A program made the position numbers and the translations under genes. Of a stretch of 64,000 nucleotides of DNA, positions 63,290 to 64,000 are shown piece after piece (position 1 is the first letter of the stretch; every line of letters begins with the position of its first letter). The DNA is taken from positions 38,688,001 through 38,752,000 of the forward strand of contig NC_043015.1 in assembly GCF_006345805.1 (NCBI RefSeq), read 5' to 3'. Below the pieces are notes generated by a model. It ran no database searches. It was not told the DNA's origin and saw nothing but the letters and a program-made list of their open reading frames with translations. Origin of the DNA: Octopus sinensis (Eukaryota).

Positions 63290-64000
63290 GATAGTTTTTG
63301 TATATGGCAGATGCTCAGGAGCAATAAACACTGAAAATCTGCAGAAAACAGCTTCTGTCATATTCCAAGGGAAAAGACTACAAGTAGTTGATAGCTTCTG
63401 TTACCTAGGTAACCAAGTTGGTAGCAGTGGTGGGGTACTCTGAAAGTGTAGCTGCTAGAGTAAGAATAGCCTGGGCAAAGTTCAGAGAGCTCTTACCTCT
63501 GCTGGTGACAAAGTGCCTCTCACTCAGAGTAAAAGGTAGACTGTATGACACATGTGTGCAAACAGCCATGCTACATATCAGTAAAACATGGGCTGTGACT
63601 GCTGAGGACATGCGTAAGCTCGCAAGAAATGAAGCCAGTATGATCTGCTGGATGTGTAATGTCAGTGTGCATACTCGACAGAGTGTAGGTACCTTGAGAG
63701 AAAAGTTGGACCTAAGAAGCATTAGATGTAGTGTGCAAGAGAGACGCTTGCGTTGGTATGGTCATGTGGCGAGAATGGACGAGGATAGCTGTGTGAAAAA
63801 GTGCCACACCCTAGCAATAGAGGGAACTTGTGGAAGAGGTAGACCCAGGATGACCTGGGATGAGGTGGTGAGGGACAACCTTTGAACACTGGGCCTCACC
63901 AAGGTGATGACAAGCGACTGAGACCTTTGGAAATATGCCGTGCGTGAGAAGACCCGGCAAGCCTAGTGAGACCATAACCATGGCCTATGCCAGTGCTGTA
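63290..64000 (+). mobile_element. RTE LINE ORF2 C-terminal fragment, running off the window
   Basis: LQVVDSFCYLG..ARVRIAWAKFRELLPLL..KGRLYDTCV..RLRWYGHVARMDEDSCVKKC..RGRPRMTWDEVV. Confidence 0.9.

Overview
Repeat-dense eukaryotic genomic DNA. The SINE, RTE, Penelope and mariner families and the dense (TA)n/(CA)n/(CATA)n microsatellites suggest a coleoid cephalopod, probably Octopus (inference). Two spliced housekeeping genes can be built by hand and they converge tail to tail. (1) DBT, the E2 transacylase of the branched-chain alpha-keto acid dehydrogenase, lies on + with 9 coding exons from 3049 to 18172; the first coding exon was not found and probably lies upstream of the window. (2) A cytosolic thioredoxin lies on - with 5 coding exons from 41389 to 24887 (105 aa, WCGPC). 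The rest is mostly transposable element debris: tRNA-derived SINEs of at least 4 families, RTE, CR1 and RLE-type LINE 3' ends, Penelope-like elements, Tc1/mariner, pogo, piggyBac and foldback MITEs, plus tandem arrays. A CpG-rich, repeat-poor island at about 57.5-58.1 kb may be a further promoter. I found no prokaryote-type system, CRISPR array or clearly novel protein-coding system. The most interesting observations are an in-frame duplicated splice donor in DBT, a tRNA-SINE whose tail reconstructs to a Penelope-type minimal hammerhead ribozyme (with a locally generated inverted copy elsewhere), RTE LINEs whose 3' UTR carries a SINE-core-like domain and spawns satellites, and several foldback elements inside introns. 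All coordinates and alignments were read by eye.
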